Of a stretch of DNA of 64,000 nt, positions 18,738 through 29,652 are shown piece by piece. Where the stretch lies: positions 256,001-320,000 of the forward strand of contig CBDATS010000002.1 in NCBI GenBank assembly GCA_965200245.1. Direction: 5' to 3'. Source of the DNA: a bacterium (GTDB taxonomy: Bacteria; UBA8248). The notes under the pieces were generated by a model. The model did no database searches, was not told where the DNA came from, and saw only the letters and a program-made list of their open reading frames with translations. The position numbers were made by a program, and so were the translations under genes. How positions within the stretch are numbered: position 1 is the stretch's first letter; each line of letters opens with the position of its first letter.

Positions 18738-19138
18738 TACGCACGACAAAAAGACGACCCCGAAGTTCAAAAGCAGAGCGACCGCGAGCGGGTTGTGTCG
18801 AGAAGCGCGACTGGTCAAGCCGCGCCCGCTTCCAAGGTGAAAACAGGCCGCGCTGCCAATCGCGCGCACTACGCGGCCGGTAAGGCTGCCTAAAAACCCT
18901 ATGCAGGGCGAATACGGGAGCCAAGCCCCGGCTCAACGCAGCCTCGGCCTCACATTGACCACCCAATCATCCAACAACACCATGATCAACAAACTGAATA
19001 CGTCAGCGTCTCACCCTGATTGTCACGCATATAAGGGCAGATGAAATGACAACTGGCCGGAAACGCATTCGAATCGGATTTTTTCCTACGGAATTTCATG
19101 GCTCAAGGGATTGACACATCATATTGTGTTCAGAGAAA

Positions 19139-20362
19139 TCATTTGCAGGCACGCGCCTGCACGTCCCGAATGAAGTCGCGGAGATTCCAGAGCCATGCAC
19201 GCTGGCCATTCGTGTAGGTTTCCTGAATTGACTGTGGCACCACCAGTTGCAGGTCTGAGCTCGCCATCTGGCTTGTTTGCGGTTCTGAAATCCCCGGTTC
19301 AAGTGTAAGGAGATGCTTTCTCGGAATCTTCGATGCCTCAGCCAGCACCTGTCTCCATCGATCCTTGCAGCTCGACTTCGCAACGAGCATGGTCAGGCAC
19401 GCATGGCCAGCGTCAGGAGCGGCCCGATACGCTTCTATACCGGGAAACAGGAAATCCGGTCGCTGGTTGTTCTCGGTTACGGCACCGCGGACACAGGCGA
19501 TCCCGTGGGCACGGAACACTGCTTCCAGATGGTGTTCCAGTGCCTGTCCCATGCGCGATTTCCTCCGGTTCTGGACACTGAGCGAGAAGCGGATGAAGCC
19601 GTCAACATCAGCCGCTCCGCTCCCGTCCCGGAATCCTCCTTCAAGGCGTGTGGCAACAATCCGTCGTTCAAGACGCCGGAACAACGCTTCCTCGTGGCTC
19701 AGCCACGCCACAAGCGCCGTATCGGGGTCGTCCTCGGCCCTTACCCCGGGCAGCGTGTCGCGGGCGAGGCCGGAGAATTCCACGGTCCCCGGAAATGTAA
19801 TACCGAACCGATCGATTATGGTGTCCAGCCTGCCTGCATCCGGCTCTTCAGGCTCGATGCCAATCTCGTCGAGGATGAAACGCGCAGCAAAGTCCAGTTC
19901 CGGCTCGTCATCCGCGACCTCGCGTGACACGAATGACCGCCCGCTCGGGTGAAGGTCGAAAAGCCATGAGAGTTGCCGTTCGCTGGTTGACCCTTCCGAT
20001 GCGACGATGAAATACAGCGTCCGGTCGCCGGTCATGGCGAGAAACAGAGAATCGTGTTCCCGCATGGCCTCCGTGACCGGATTGGATGGATAGTAGAGGC
20101 ACCATTCCGGTGCCCTGTGTGCCTGCTGTTCCCGCGCATCGTAGTGAGTGGCGGTGCCCTCGACAGTGAAGCCGTCCTGCTCCTCGCCAAGCCAGACTCA
20201 GACAACCGGGAACCGTTGCTGGACTTCGCCGAGGAACTGGCGGCGCATGTCCCGGGTGGTGCCCACCTCGTGCTGGTTGGACCGGCCGGGTTCGGCGTCC
20301 ACGGCGGTCAGCCGCTTGACACCCGCTCCGGTGAAACAGTCACGTAACTGTCCGCGTCTCAT
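19139..20362 (-). pseudogene. EcoRII-type type II restriction endonuclease with an internal in-frame TGA (20198-20200)
   Basis: N-terminal KRLTAVDA...SNQHE and YDAR...EW.LYY in frame with C-terminal NRRKSRMG.ALE, PDFLFPG, KSSCKDRWRQVL; stop at codon 55. Confidence 0.85.
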
Positions 20363-20813
20363 CGCCGCCCATATCCATTTCCGGCTCGTCGGACTCCAGC
20401 CATGCTGCGCACCGTTCCGCCATCACGTCGTCCGGAAGACGTGACCGCCCCTTAAGGGCGCATTCCCAGATCGTGGCCACCCGCCAGCCGCTGTCCAGCA
20501 ATGCCTCCAGGTTCCTGCCATCGCGGGCAACGTTCGAGTTGATCTTGTGTCGCCAGAATTCACTTCGGGTCTTCGGCCATTTGAACAGATGGCAGTCATG
20601 GCCGTGCCAGAAACATCCGTGGACAAGAATCACCGCCCTGTGCTTCGGAAACACGATATCCGGCTTGCCGGGAAGATCCTTTCGGTGCACGCGGAACCGG
20701 AATCCCAGCCGATGCAGCGCAGAGCGGATTGCCTTCTCCGGCCTCGTATCCCTGCCCTTGATCCCCGCCATCATCCGGCTGCGGACATCCGGCGTCACGG
20801 TATCGGCAGCCAT
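20340..20813 (-). CDS. vsr: Very short patch repair endonuclease
   Basis: RSRMM..I..RDT.PE, LPGKPDIV, HGCFWHGH, IWEC. Confidence 0.95.
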   Translation of the reverse strand: MAADTVTPDVRSRMMAGIKGRDTRPEKAIRSALHRLGFRFRVHRKDLPGKPDIVFPKHRAVILVHGCFWHGHDCHLFKWPKTRSEFWRHKINSNVARDGRNLEALLDSGWRVATIWECALKGRSRLPDDVMAERCAAWLESDEPEMDMGGDETRTVT

Positions 20814-20816
20814 GGG

Positions 20817-22088
20817 TCAGGTGGCCACGGCCGGCTCTGGAAACAGGAACTCGTTCTGGAGCGCGGAAGGTAGCTGGCGCCCTTCCCGTGAAAGCAGTTC
20901 GGCGATATGCGGCTTCATGAGTCGGGCCACGGCACGGGCCACGGGCACGACCACGGCGTTGCCGAATTGGCGATAGGCCTGGGTATCCGACACCGGGATC
21001 CTGAACGCTGCCCCGCCCGGCCTTTCGAAACCCATCAGGCGCGCGCATTCCCTCGGAGTCAGGCGACGGGGCCGGCGACCCTCCTGCCGGATCAGTATCT
21101 CCGAACCGTCCTTGTAGTAGCGCGCAGAAAGGGTACGGGCCACATCATCCGGACCGAACAGGGAATAGCCGAATCCGTTGCCCGCGCGCCGGTGCCTTTC
21201 CCTGTAGTCCTGAAGATAGTTCCACAAGTGGCTGCTGAGCGTGTACTTCGGATCGACATCCGTATCCAGGACCGCCCGGAGAATAGGTCTCCGGCCGGCC
21301 GGTATTGCCAGTCCGTCGAAATCGAAAGCCGTCGGCTCCCGGAACCCGACCATGAATATCCGCTCCCGCTTCTGGGGAACCCACGGAGAGGAGTCCACAA
21401 CCCGCGTGCGGACGCTGTAGCCCAGCTCGCTCTCAAGCACGTGCATGATTGTCGCGAAGGTCCGGCCGCCGTCGTGCCGCTCCAGATTCTTCACATTCTC
21501 GAGCAGGAAGGCAGGCGGGCGGTGATAGTCGAGTATCTTCGCCAGGTCGTAGAAAAGCGTCCCCTGCGTGTCGCAAAGGAAACCGTGCGGCTGGCCGAGC
21601 GAATTCTTCTTCGACACACCGGCAATCGAAAACGGCTGGCACGGGAACCCCGCCAGCAGGACATCATGCGCAGGCACTGTCCCGGGCTTCTCTGCATACG
21701 GACGTATGTCGCCCGCAAATTCGTGATCACTTTCTGCCGGTTCCGGGAAATTCGCGGTGTAGGTCTCCCTGCAGAACCGATCCCACTCAGACGTGAACAC
21801 GCAGCGGCCACCGATTTCCTCGAACGGGCGGCGCAACCCGCCAATCCCGGCAAAGAGATCGATGAAGCGAAAACCCTCCTGCCGGCCTGCGGGACAGCGG
21901 GTATTCGCGACCTCGCGAAGCTTTTCGATCTTCAGCCGGTCAATACGTTTACTTTCGCCATTGATGTAGCGCCGCACGGTTCTGGCACTGACGCCCAGCA
22001 ATTCGGCAGCCTCTCCAATACCCAGCCCGGCACGGGTCATCAGTTCAGGGAATTCGCTGGTGCCTCGAAGGTTCATGTCATCATCCAT
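20817..22088 (-). CDS. dcm: DNA (cytosine-5)-methyltransferase with N-terminal HTH (Dcm/M.EcoRII-like)
   Basis: DLFAGIGG, GFPCQPFS, ENVKNL, RTLSARYYKDGSEIL, AYRQFGNAV; N-terminal AAELLGVSARTVRRY. Confidence 0.95.
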   Translation of the reverse strand: MDDDMNLRGTSEFPELMTRAGLGIGEAAELLGVSARTVRRYINGESKRIDRLKIEKLREVANTRCPAGRQEGFRFIDLFAGIGGLRRPFEEIGGRCVFTSEWDRFCRETYTANFPEPAESDHEFAGDIRPYAEKPGTVPAHDVLLAGFPCQPFSIAGVSKKNSLGQPHGFLCDTQGTLFYDLAKILDYHRPPAFLLENVKNLERHDGGRTFATIMHVLESELGYSVRTRVVDSSPWVPQKRERIFMVGFREPTAFDFDGLAIPAGRRPILRAVLDTDVDPKYTLSSHLWNYLQDYRERHRRAGNGFGYSLFGPDDVARTLSARYYKDGSEILIRQEGRRPRRLTPRECARLMGFERPGGAAFRIPVSDTQAYRQFGNAVVVPVARAVARLMKPHIAELLSREGRQLPSALQNEFLFPEPAVAT

Positions 22089-22149
22089 GTGTCATTTCAG
22101 GACAATATGTCATGATTTGCCCCAGTGCACAACCCGGCATGTTGGAACG

Positions 22150-22660
22150 TGCCGACGAGAGCCGTCGGGTCGTCTGTCCCGAGGATCCGCCCACGAGGTG
22201 ATCGTCGATAACGGACGATGCCCTTGCACGGGCTCTCAGTGACTTCTGGCCATGGCTCCATGCGATGGCGTAGTCGAATATGTTGCGTAGCATGTCATAA
22301 CTGAGGTTCGCTCCCCCAGCTTTCTGTGCCCGTATTCACAGAAGAAGCGGGCAATGTCGGTTCGCACAACTGATCTGACGTGTAGATGGCCGGGAGCGGC
22401 AATGGGCAGGTGATGGCCGCCCTACTCACGCACGAGAAATGCAAGTGCTGCGGATCACACTTGGTCGGCCTTCACCATATCGGGCTTGCCGAGCGTGACG
22501 CGACGTGGCTTGCTGTCACGGCGGAAGCGAAACACCCGGGATCGTGCGCCATGGACGAGGACAAGGCCACTGTACCTGGCACGGGGCCCGGTCGAGGCGG
22601 TCAATGAGAGCGTAGTCCCTGTTGCCGGCGATAACGACAGGGGTTCAAGTATCCGCATGT
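22150..22660 (-). pseudogene. Tyrosine integrase relic (Arm-binding and core-binding fragments)
   Basis: GARSRVFRFRRDSKPRRVTLGKP and MLRNIFDYAIAW...PCKGIVRYRR fragments in different frames, with stops. Confidence 0.55.
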
Positions 22661-23352
22661 CGTCAAGCCTGGCCCGAGCACGGATGCGGCACCCAGTCTT
22701 CTGAAGATCAGTGGCGGGCGCGAGGATTCCTGCCCATAATGACCTCCAGGGTTGTCCTCCTTACCGGGCTGACGCCGACCACGCGCGGTTCGGCGCGAAT
22801 ACTGATTCGCAACCAAGCATCGCGTCATGCTGCCATTGCTCGGCAGTGTGAGCGCCGAGCATTTCAGGCTGGTCGAAGAACTGTCTCACGTTGACCGGAC
22901 CAAAATCACCCGGGTGACCGACTGATCCCACTGTGTCATAGAGTATACTACTGCGCATCTCAAAACCCTGTCGTCGTTCACAAAAAATATCGATCTGGAA
23001 GTTTGTCCTGCACGTCGTTTGCGTGATCATACTTGGTGCACTTACCGATCTGTCAAATACAGAATATCACGCCCGAATCTACAAGCGCTTACACTCATTT
23101 GCCTGGTGAACCTGTGTTCGCTTCTACCAGGCATGGTCACTCCCGGTCGATTCGTAATCAAAACGTATACGATCGGCATGCAACGGGAGCGAAGCGAAGC
23201 ATAAATATAACGAAAATGCAAGAAGCAACAGGCAGGGACAAAAAAATACATGAGCAATAACAGATGTTTATATCAATTGAGGAAGATCCGTCGTATCATT
23301 GTCGACAAGATGGATCTCGAGTCCTGTATTTCCGCTTTTACTGTCGCCCTGC

Positions 23353-23991
23353 TCAGGCCGTAACGGCCTGCTCGGCGAGGAGTTCGTCCAGCACCCGGTC
23401 GATCCGGGGTTGCTCCGTCCAACTCGCCTTGTAGGCGATGTTCCCTTCCCTGTCGATGACGAAGACCATGTTCGGCATGCGCCCGTAGGCGTTCACCACC
23501 GCCTCGTCGATGTCGTCCACCAGAACAGGGATTTTCATGCCGAATTCTTCCACCAACTCCTTCGCATAGCCTAACTTGTGCTCGAAAGAGGTGTGCTGGG
23601 TGTATTTTTTGAAGTACTTGCGCTCCTGCGCATGGGGTTCCTTCGAATAGACAACGAAGAACTCGACATCCTTGTCCTTGTAGCGCTCATACAGTTCGTC
23701 CATGCCCGGCACCTGCCGGCGGAAGGGCGGTCACGTAATGGCGCCGAATTCCAAAACGATATTCTTCTTCCCGCGAAAATCGGCCAGATTCACGGTCTCG
23801 CCCGATGTGCTCTGGAGCTTTACCGGCGGCGCGGCCTGGCCGGGTCTGAGTTGATCCTCAAACGCCTTGTGGCGAACCTTTCTGAACCCACTCAGTTCGC
23901 GCTTGATCATCAGAAACGGATCCAGATACCATAGGCTCCACAACCCCCCCAGGGGGCCGGGCGGCCTGTCGATATAGTCTTCTTTCTGCAT
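23353..23991 (-). CDS. Iodothyronine-deiodinase-like / AhpC-TSA fold selenoprotein (Sec at TGA 23731-23733), 212 aa
   Basis: The two track ORFs are in one frame: VLEFGAIT-U-PPFRRQ...VEFFVVYSKEPHA...YGRMPN; hairpin CCGGC-AGGT-GCCGG just downstream of the TGA. Confidence 0.85.
23706..23719 (-). promoter_or_regulatory. Candidate bacterial SECIS hairpin
   Basis: 5-bp GC stem with AGGU loop, loop 17-20 nt downstream of the UGA. Confidence 0.6.
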
Positions 23992-24105
23992 CTCTCAACC
24001 TCCTGAAAAGATGAATGACGAATACGGAAAACTAGTCTATTTTCCGGGTTTTGTCGATTCCCCTGAATGAAACCGGCCCCCCGTGCGGTGATATCGCGAG
24101 AGTCG

Positions 24106-24876
24106 CTATTCGGCCTCACGCCTTTCAAACGCGCTCCAGCAGACGTCCAACACCCGCTTGAAACCCACGCCTTCGAACACGCGCTCGGACGCCTCGTTTC
24201 CCTCTACGATGTAGCAATACACCTCGCGCCCTCTCGCGAATTGCGCCTCGACAAGGGCCGATACAACCACGCGCGCAAGCCCCTGCCCGCGGAAACGTTC
24301 CATGGTGTGCAACATACCGATGGAGCCATTCGCATGGATCACCATATAGGAGGCGAGTTCTCCCCCGATGCGAATCGCCGCGGTAGGGGCGGTCTGTATT
24401 CTCGCCAGGGCGTAATCCTCCCCCTGATCGTAGGGAGAATTCTCGGCCAGCGTCTTCGCATCCTCAATTTCGAGACGTTCCACACGGTGCGTACTGAAGA
24501 CGGGCCTGAAATCTTTCTTTTCGAGAATAAACATGCCCACGGGCGATGAACGGACGAGTTTCCTTCGTTTCTCGATCGCCTTTTGCACATCGACACACAG
24601 GGAGGCGAACTTGAGATAGCCATCGCTCTCCTCTATCTGTGCGGAGAGCCGCTCCATGTCTTCCAGTTTTGCCATTATCGCCTCGCTGCGCCCCAGCGGC
24701 GCGAGCCAGCCTCGCCCGGCATGTACCACCATCCGGGGCGCGGTGAGATTATCGACCCAGAGGGGGATGTCCCCTCCCCCTTCCGCGATGGCTTCCGTAA
24801 AACGCACCCTGAGCGGTCCCTGCGCGTTCAGGAAATTCTGGATGGATTCGCTCCGGGGGTTCTCCAACCGAAACAT
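24106..24876 (-). CDS. GNAT family acetyltransferase (FR47-like C-terminal domain)
   Basis: LHTMERFRGQGLA, NEASERVFEGVGF. Confidence 0.85.
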   Translation of the reverse strand: MFRLENPRSESIQNFLNAQGPLRVRFTEAIAEGGGDIPLWVDNLTAPRMVVHAGRGWLAPLGRSEAIMAKLEDMERLSAQIEESDGYLKFASLCVDVQKAIEKRRKLVRSSPVGMFILEKKDFRPVFSTHRVERLEIEDAKTLAENSPYDQGEDYALARIQTAPTAAIRIGGELASYMVIHANGSIGMLHTMERFRGQGLARVVVSALVEAQFARGREVYCYIVEGNEASERVFEGVGFKRVLDVCWSAFERREAE

Positions 24877-24989
24877 TTTTCGCTACACTCCTATGTCGAT
24901 GACAAACACCACCGCTGAACGGGTTGATTATACCTGCTCATCTGCTCGAATGCAGAGGCAGTAAATCCTTAAAGGCTTCAGGAGAAAAA

Positions 24990-26063
24990 ATGAAGGAATA
25001 TCGCATCATCACCATCCCAGGAGACGGGATTGGCCCCGAACTCATGGAATGCACCCTTGCCGTGCTCGAAGCCGTTCAGGAGGTGAACGGCGCCGTGAAA
25101 CTCAACCTTGAGGAACACGATGCGGGAGCGGGCCGCTACGCCAGGTACGGCAAGCGCATCAGCGATGAAACCCTCCAGGCCTGCCACGAGGCGGACGGCG
25201 TCCTCAAATCGCCTGTGGGCGACCCTGCCATCCGCACGCCGGAAGGCACCGAGGGAGGGCTTCTGGGCGGAGTGCTCAGAACCAGCCTCGATGTTTTCGC
25301 CAACATGCGGCCCGTCAGGCTCTACCCGGGCATCCGAAGTCCGCTGGCGGGCTATGAGCCCGGTGGTATCGACTACGTCGTGATTCGCGAGAACACCGAG
25401 GGTCTCTACGCCTCACGTGACAAGGGAGTCGGCGGCCCCGAAGCCGTGGCCGACACCCTGCTCATCACCCGAAAAGGGACAGAGCGCGTAGCGAGGTTCG
25501 CCTTCGAACTTTCGCGCAAAAGAAACGGTGCGCCCGAAGACGGTGTGCGGCGCGTCACCTGCGTGGACAAGGGCAATGTCCTGCGATCCCTGGCGTTTTT
25601 CCGCGAGATATTCTTCGAAGTTGCCACTGATTATCCCGATATCGAGGCGGAGGCACTGTATTCAGACGCCTGCGCCTACAATCTGGTGATTCGACCGGAA
25701 CACTATGACGTGCTGGTGATGGAGAATATGCTGGGAGACCTGCTGAGCGATTTGGGCGGCGCCACGGCAGGCGGCCTGGGAATGTGTCCGTCCGGAAATA
25801 TCGGGGAGAAATACGCCTTTTTCGAGGCGGTGCACGGATCGGCCCCCGATATCGCCGGGCAGGGCATAGCGAATCCCCTGAGTCTCATCCTCTCCGCCGC
25901 TCTCATGCTGGCCCACATCGGGGAGGAGGAGGCCGCAAAACAGATAGAAACCGGCGTGTGGGGGGCGCTCGAAGCCGGGGAAATTCGCCTGGACGACAAG
26001 GGACGCGCTCTGAACGGCAGCCGGGCCATCACCGAGGCGGTGTGCGCCCGCGTGAGGGGATGA
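24990..26063 (+). CDS. Isocitrate/isopropylmalate/tartrate dehydrogenase family protein
   Basis: PGDGIGPE, RENTEG, DKGNVL, NMLGDLLSD, EAVHGSAPDIAGQGIANP. Confidence 0.9.
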   Translation: MKEYRIITIPGDGIGPELMECTLAVLEAVQEVNGAVKLNLEEHDAGAGRYARYGKRISDETLQACHEADGVLKSPVGDPAIRTPEGTEGGLLGGVLRTSLDVFANMRPVRLYPGIRSPLAGYEPGGIDYVVIRENTEGLYASRDKGVGGPEAVADTLLITRKGTERVARFAFELSRKRNGAPEDGVRRVTCVDKGNVLRSLAFFREIFFEVATDYPDIEAEALYSDACAYNLVIRPEHYDVLVMENMLGDLLSDLGGATAGGLGMCPSGNIGEKYAFFEAVHGSAPDIAGQGIANPLSLILSAALMLAHIGEEEAAKQIETGVWGALEAGEIRLDDKGRALNGSRAITEAVCARVRG

Positions 26064-26064
26064 T

Positions 26065-26784
26065 TCAGGAAAAGCGCTCGCGCAGGAGCGTCCATACGGC
26101 GATGAAACCATCCCGCCACGTTATCTTCTTGCCCTCCGCATAGGTGCGCCCGTAGTAGGATATCGGTACCTCGTAGATGCGCCATCTGGCTGGCTTCAGG
26201 ATTTTCGCGGTAAATTCCGGCTCGAAGTCGAACCCCTTGGCACGGATTTTCATATCCTTCACCACCTCGCGGCGGAACATCTTGTAGCAGGTTTCCATGT
26301 CGGTGAGCGTACAGTTGAACAGCAGGTTCGCCAGCGTGGTCAGCATGTGGTTCCCCACCTTGTGCCAGAACATATGCACACGCTGGGGTTTTCCGCCGAA
26401 GCGCGTGCCGTAGACTACGTCGGCAGCCCCCCGGCGGATGGGGTCGTAGAGTTCGGCGTATTCGGCGGGGTCGTATTCCAGGTCTGCATCCTGTACGACG
26501 ATCACGTCTCCGCTCGCTGCAGCGAAACCGTCGCACAGGGCGGCTCCCTTGCCCTCGTTTTTCTCGCGGTAGATAACGCGCACGTCGTTTTGTTCGATCT
26601 CGGCCAAGATGTCCCGGGTGCCGTCCGTGCTGCCGTCGTCCACGATGATAAGTTCGATGCCCATCTCCACCGCCTGGACGCGGGCGACGATTTCGCGAAT
26701 CGTGTCCCGCTCGTTGTAGCAAGGCATTACCACGCTCAACAGATCCGGCATCTGGCCGTCATCGTTCACAACAACTCTCTCCAT
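26065..26784 (-). CDS. Glycosyltransferase family 2 (DPM1-like)
   Basis: SVVMPCYNE, VDDGSTDGT, QDADLEYDP, TDMETCYK. Confidence 0.92.
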   Translation of the reverse strand: MERVVVNDDGQMPDLLSVVMPCYNERDTIREIVARVQAVEMGIELIIVDDGSTDGTRDILAEIEQNDVRVIYREKNEGKGAALCDGFAAASGDVIVVQDADLEYDPAEYAELYDPIRRGAADVVYGTRFGGKPQRVHMFWHKVGNHMLTTLANLLFNCTLTDMETCYKMFRREVVKDMKIRAKGFDFEPEFTAKILKPARWRIYEVPISYYGRTYAEGKKITWRDGFIAVWTLLRERFS

Positions 26785-26965
26785 CCGAGGGTCGGGCGCG
26801 CTATTCGCCCAGGAGGGTATCGCGCCAAAGCCTACATGCTCCCTCCTGCATGGTCAATTTATTTCAAGCGTCAGGGTTCTCCGGCTTGGCAAGCGGCGAC
26901 CCCACGTGAGAGTATTGCTGCGCTTTGAATTTCATCACATCTGACTACAACTTCGGGATTATGAA

Positions 26966-28093
26966 ATGCCATCGCCCCTGCTCGAGAAAATGAAGACGCT
27001 TTGCGCCCTGCCCGGCCCACCGGGTCATGAGGGCGCGGTGCGTGACGCCATCGTGGAGATGTTGAAAGGCTGCGCGAGCGAGTTGCGGCGCGACCATATC
27101 GGGAACCTCATCGCCCGCCACAAAGCGAGCGAGTCGGCCCCGCACATTCTTCTGGAATGCCACATGGACGAGGTCGGGCTCATCGTCACGGAAGTGGAAC
27201 GGGGTGGCGCGATTCGCTTCGAGAAAGTGGGACTCGTGGCGGATTCGGTTTTCCCTGGCCGTGAGATATCCCTCCTGACGCTGGATGGCAATCTCCATCG
27301 GGGCGTCGTCAACGTACGCAGCGGGCATCTCCAGTCCCTGCAGGGACAGGAACATCCCGGCGTCGACAAGATGTGGATTGATCTGGGGGTTTCCGACGAT
27401 GCGCCGATTCGCGCCATCGGTATCGAGGCGGGCACGCCGGGCGTATTCCACAGTCCCTTCACACAGCTTCCCGGTGGAGCGTGGAAATCGAAGGCCGTGG
27501 ACAACCGTTCGGGCTGCGCCCTCTGCGTGGAGGCGTTCATCAACACGGCCAACTCGCTTTCGGACAAACTCCGCCTGAGCACCGCCTTCTGCGTACAGGA
27601 AGAAATCGGAGGGCGCGGTGCTTCGGTGCTTTCGGTGGATGAAACAGGCAGCAACACACCCTCCCTCGCCATCGTGCTCGACAACGTCCCCTCAGACGGC
27701 CCGGGCAGGTCCGACGCACGGGGGTCGAAGATCGGGGCGGGGCCGGTATTGCGCAGATACGACCACCAGCCCATGAGCCTCTACGGCCACATCACCCCGC
27801 CCGAACTCATCCGGTGGGTGAAGGACGTGGCGAGCGAAGCCCATGTACCCCTGCAGGAAGACGTGTTCCTGGGCACGTTTCTCGATTCCGCCACCCTGAG
27901 CAAATCCCGGCCGGGCGGATTGCCCGTCGTGCCGATCAACCTGCCGAGGCGCTATTCCCACAGCCCCGTGGAGACGTTCATGGAATCAGATCTGGAGGCC
28001 ACGGCCGCGCTCATCGGCGCGCTTCTGCGCTCCGCCGCCGAGGGGGGAGCGCCCGTCCTGGGGCGGGACTACCTGTCTTCCCCGGATGCGTGA
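26966..28093 (+). CDS. M42 family metallopeptidase
   Basis: HMDEVG, KAVDNR, QEEIGGRG, RYSHSPVE. Confidence 0.88.
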   Translation: MPSPLLEKMKTLCALPGPPGHEGAVRDAIVEMLKGCASELRRDHIGNLIARHKASESAPHILLECHMDEVGLIVTEVERGGAIRFEKVGLVADSVFPGREISLLTLDGNLHRGVVNVRSGHLQSLQGQEHPGVDKMWIDLGVSDDAPIRAIGIEAGTPGVFHSPFTQLPGGAWKSKAVDNRSGCALCVEAFINTANSLSDKLRLSTAFCVQEEIGGRGASVLSVDETGSNTPSLAIVLDNVPSDGPGRSDARGSKIGAGPVLRRYDHQPMSLYGHITPPELIRWVKDVASEAHVPLQEDVFLGTFLDSATLSKSRPGGLPVVPINLPRRYSHSPVETFMESDLEATAALIGALLRSAAEGGAPVLGRDYLSSPDA

Positions 28094-28130
28094 AATCCGG
28101 AACACACCATAATCTGGAGAGACGAGACCT

Positions 28131-28982
28131 GTGTCAAAAGTCATTCGCGTCGCCCATAGTCCGGACTCGGACGACGCCTTTATGTTCCACGCCCTGGCGA
28201 ACGGGAAGATCGCCCAGAGTGAATATGAATTCGTCCACGAACTCCACGACATCGAAACGCTGAACCAAGCCGCTTTCGAGGGCAAATACGAAGTGAGCGC
28301 CATCAGCTTTCATGCGTATTGCTACCTGGCGAATCGTTATGCCATCCTGCCGCACGGGGCGAGTTTCGGAGAGAATTACGGACCGGTCATCATCTCGCGC
28401 GAGCCGATGACGCCCGAAGCGCTCCGGGACGTGGAAATCGCCATTCCGGGTCGCCTGACAACGGCGTATCTTACGCTTCGCCTCTATGCCGGGGGAGAAG
28501 AGCCCAAACATCGCGTGGTGCATTTCGAACGGATCATGGACGAGGTGAAAAAAGGAGCTTCTCCGGCGGGGCTTCTCATCCACGAGGGCCAGCTCACCTA
28601 CGAGGAGGAGGGTTTTCATCTCGTGGAGGACCTTGGCAAGTGGTGGATGCGCGAAACCGGAGGTCCCCTGCCCCTGGGCTGCAACGTCATCCGAAAGGAC
28701 CTGGGTTCCGACGTGGTCAGCGAGGTCAGCCGCCTGCTGCATCAAAGCATCGTCTACGCGCTTGAGAACCGAGACGAGGCACTCGACCACGCCATGGCAT
28801 ATGCCAGGGATTTGCCGCGCGACAAGGCGGACATCTTCGTCGGCATGTACGTGAACGAATGGACGCGCTCGTACGGCGATGCCGGGAAGAGGGCCGTCTT
28901 CACACTGTTGAACCGCGCCGCCGGGGCGGGCATCATACCGGAGAAAATAGAGCCGGAATTCGTATCCTCACCCAACGAATGA
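28131..28982 (+). CDS. mqnD: 1,4-dihydroxy-6-naphthoate synthase (futalosine menaquinone pathway)
   Basis: AHSPDSDDAFMF, DIETLN, IHEGQLTY, PLPLG, MYVN. Confidence 0.8.
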   Translation: MSKVIRVAHSPDSDDAFMFHALANGKIAQSEYEFVHELHDIETLNQAAFEGKYEVSAISFHAYCYLANRYAILPHGASFGENYGPVIISREPMTPEALRDVEIAIPGRLTTAYLTLRLYAGGEEPKHRVVHFERIMDEVKKGASPAGLLIHEGQLTYEEEGFHLVEDLGKWWMRETGGPLPLGCNVIRKDLGSDVVSEVSRLLHQSIVYALENRDEALDHAMAYARDLPRDKADIFVGMYVNEWTRSYGDAGKRAVFTLLNRAAGAGIIPEKIEPEFVSSPNE

Positions 28983-28999
28983 CGAACGGAGGTGGATTC

Positions 29000-29383
29000 A
29001 TGCTGGCTGGAATGCACCACATATCCATCAGCGTCGATGACCTGGAAGAAGCCCGCGACTTTTACGCCGGACTGCTGGAGCTTGCGGAAATCGACCGTCC
29101 GAACCTGCCGAATCCGGGCTACTGGTTCCAGGCAGGGGCCTGCCAGCTTCATCTCACGGGACGCCGGGATCGCGCGAGCGAAACGGGCATCCCGGGCACG
29201 GGGGCCGGTGAAACACACTTCGCCTTCGCTGCGTCTGAACTGGAACCCGTAAAGGAAAGGCTCGAAATGGCGGGCGTGGACGTGAAAGACGGTATCAACG
29301 CCGGGTTGGGATTGCGACAACTGTTCTTCAGGGATCCCTCGGACAACCTTGTGGAAGTATTCTGCACACTGGACGAATCATGA
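29000..29383 (+). CDS. VOC/glyoxalase family protein
   Basis: HHISISVDDLE, HFAF, FFRDPSDNLVE; GGAGGT RBS. Confidence 0.85.
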   Translation: MLAGMHHISISVDDLEEARDFYAGLLELAEIDRPNLPNPGYWFQAGACQLHLTGRRDRASETGIPGTGAGETHFAFAASELEPVKERLEMAGVDVKDGINAGLGLRQLFFRDPSDNLVEVFCTLDES

Positions 29384-29652
29384 TGGAAATTACGGGAAAT
29401 TTTCCGTCGATTTTCTTTTGCGGGCTGGCTTTGATGCCTCGCTCGCTGCTTTCATCATCCGGTACGCAACCCCCGATTCGGCGGCGAAAACCAGAATGCC
29501 GGGCACCTCTCGCAACCACCCGGCCATCTGTCCACCACCTGAAATAATCAGGGCGTTGGAGTTTCCGAAATACATGGGCGAGGAACACGGATGTCTGCCT
29601 GAAAAAACCCGGGCGCGGGTTCTGGCAGCCTGATTCATACAGGGACACCACC

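Noticed and set aside
18740-23350. tRNA or att site bounding the RM island
   Set aside because: No cloverleaf or flanking direct repeat could be identified by eye.
3788-23733. Genome-wide UGA-to-Trp reassignment suggested by three in-frame TGAs
   Set aside because: Many intact genes here end in TGA at expected positions and TGG is used normally. Only the TGA at 23731 has a Sec context.
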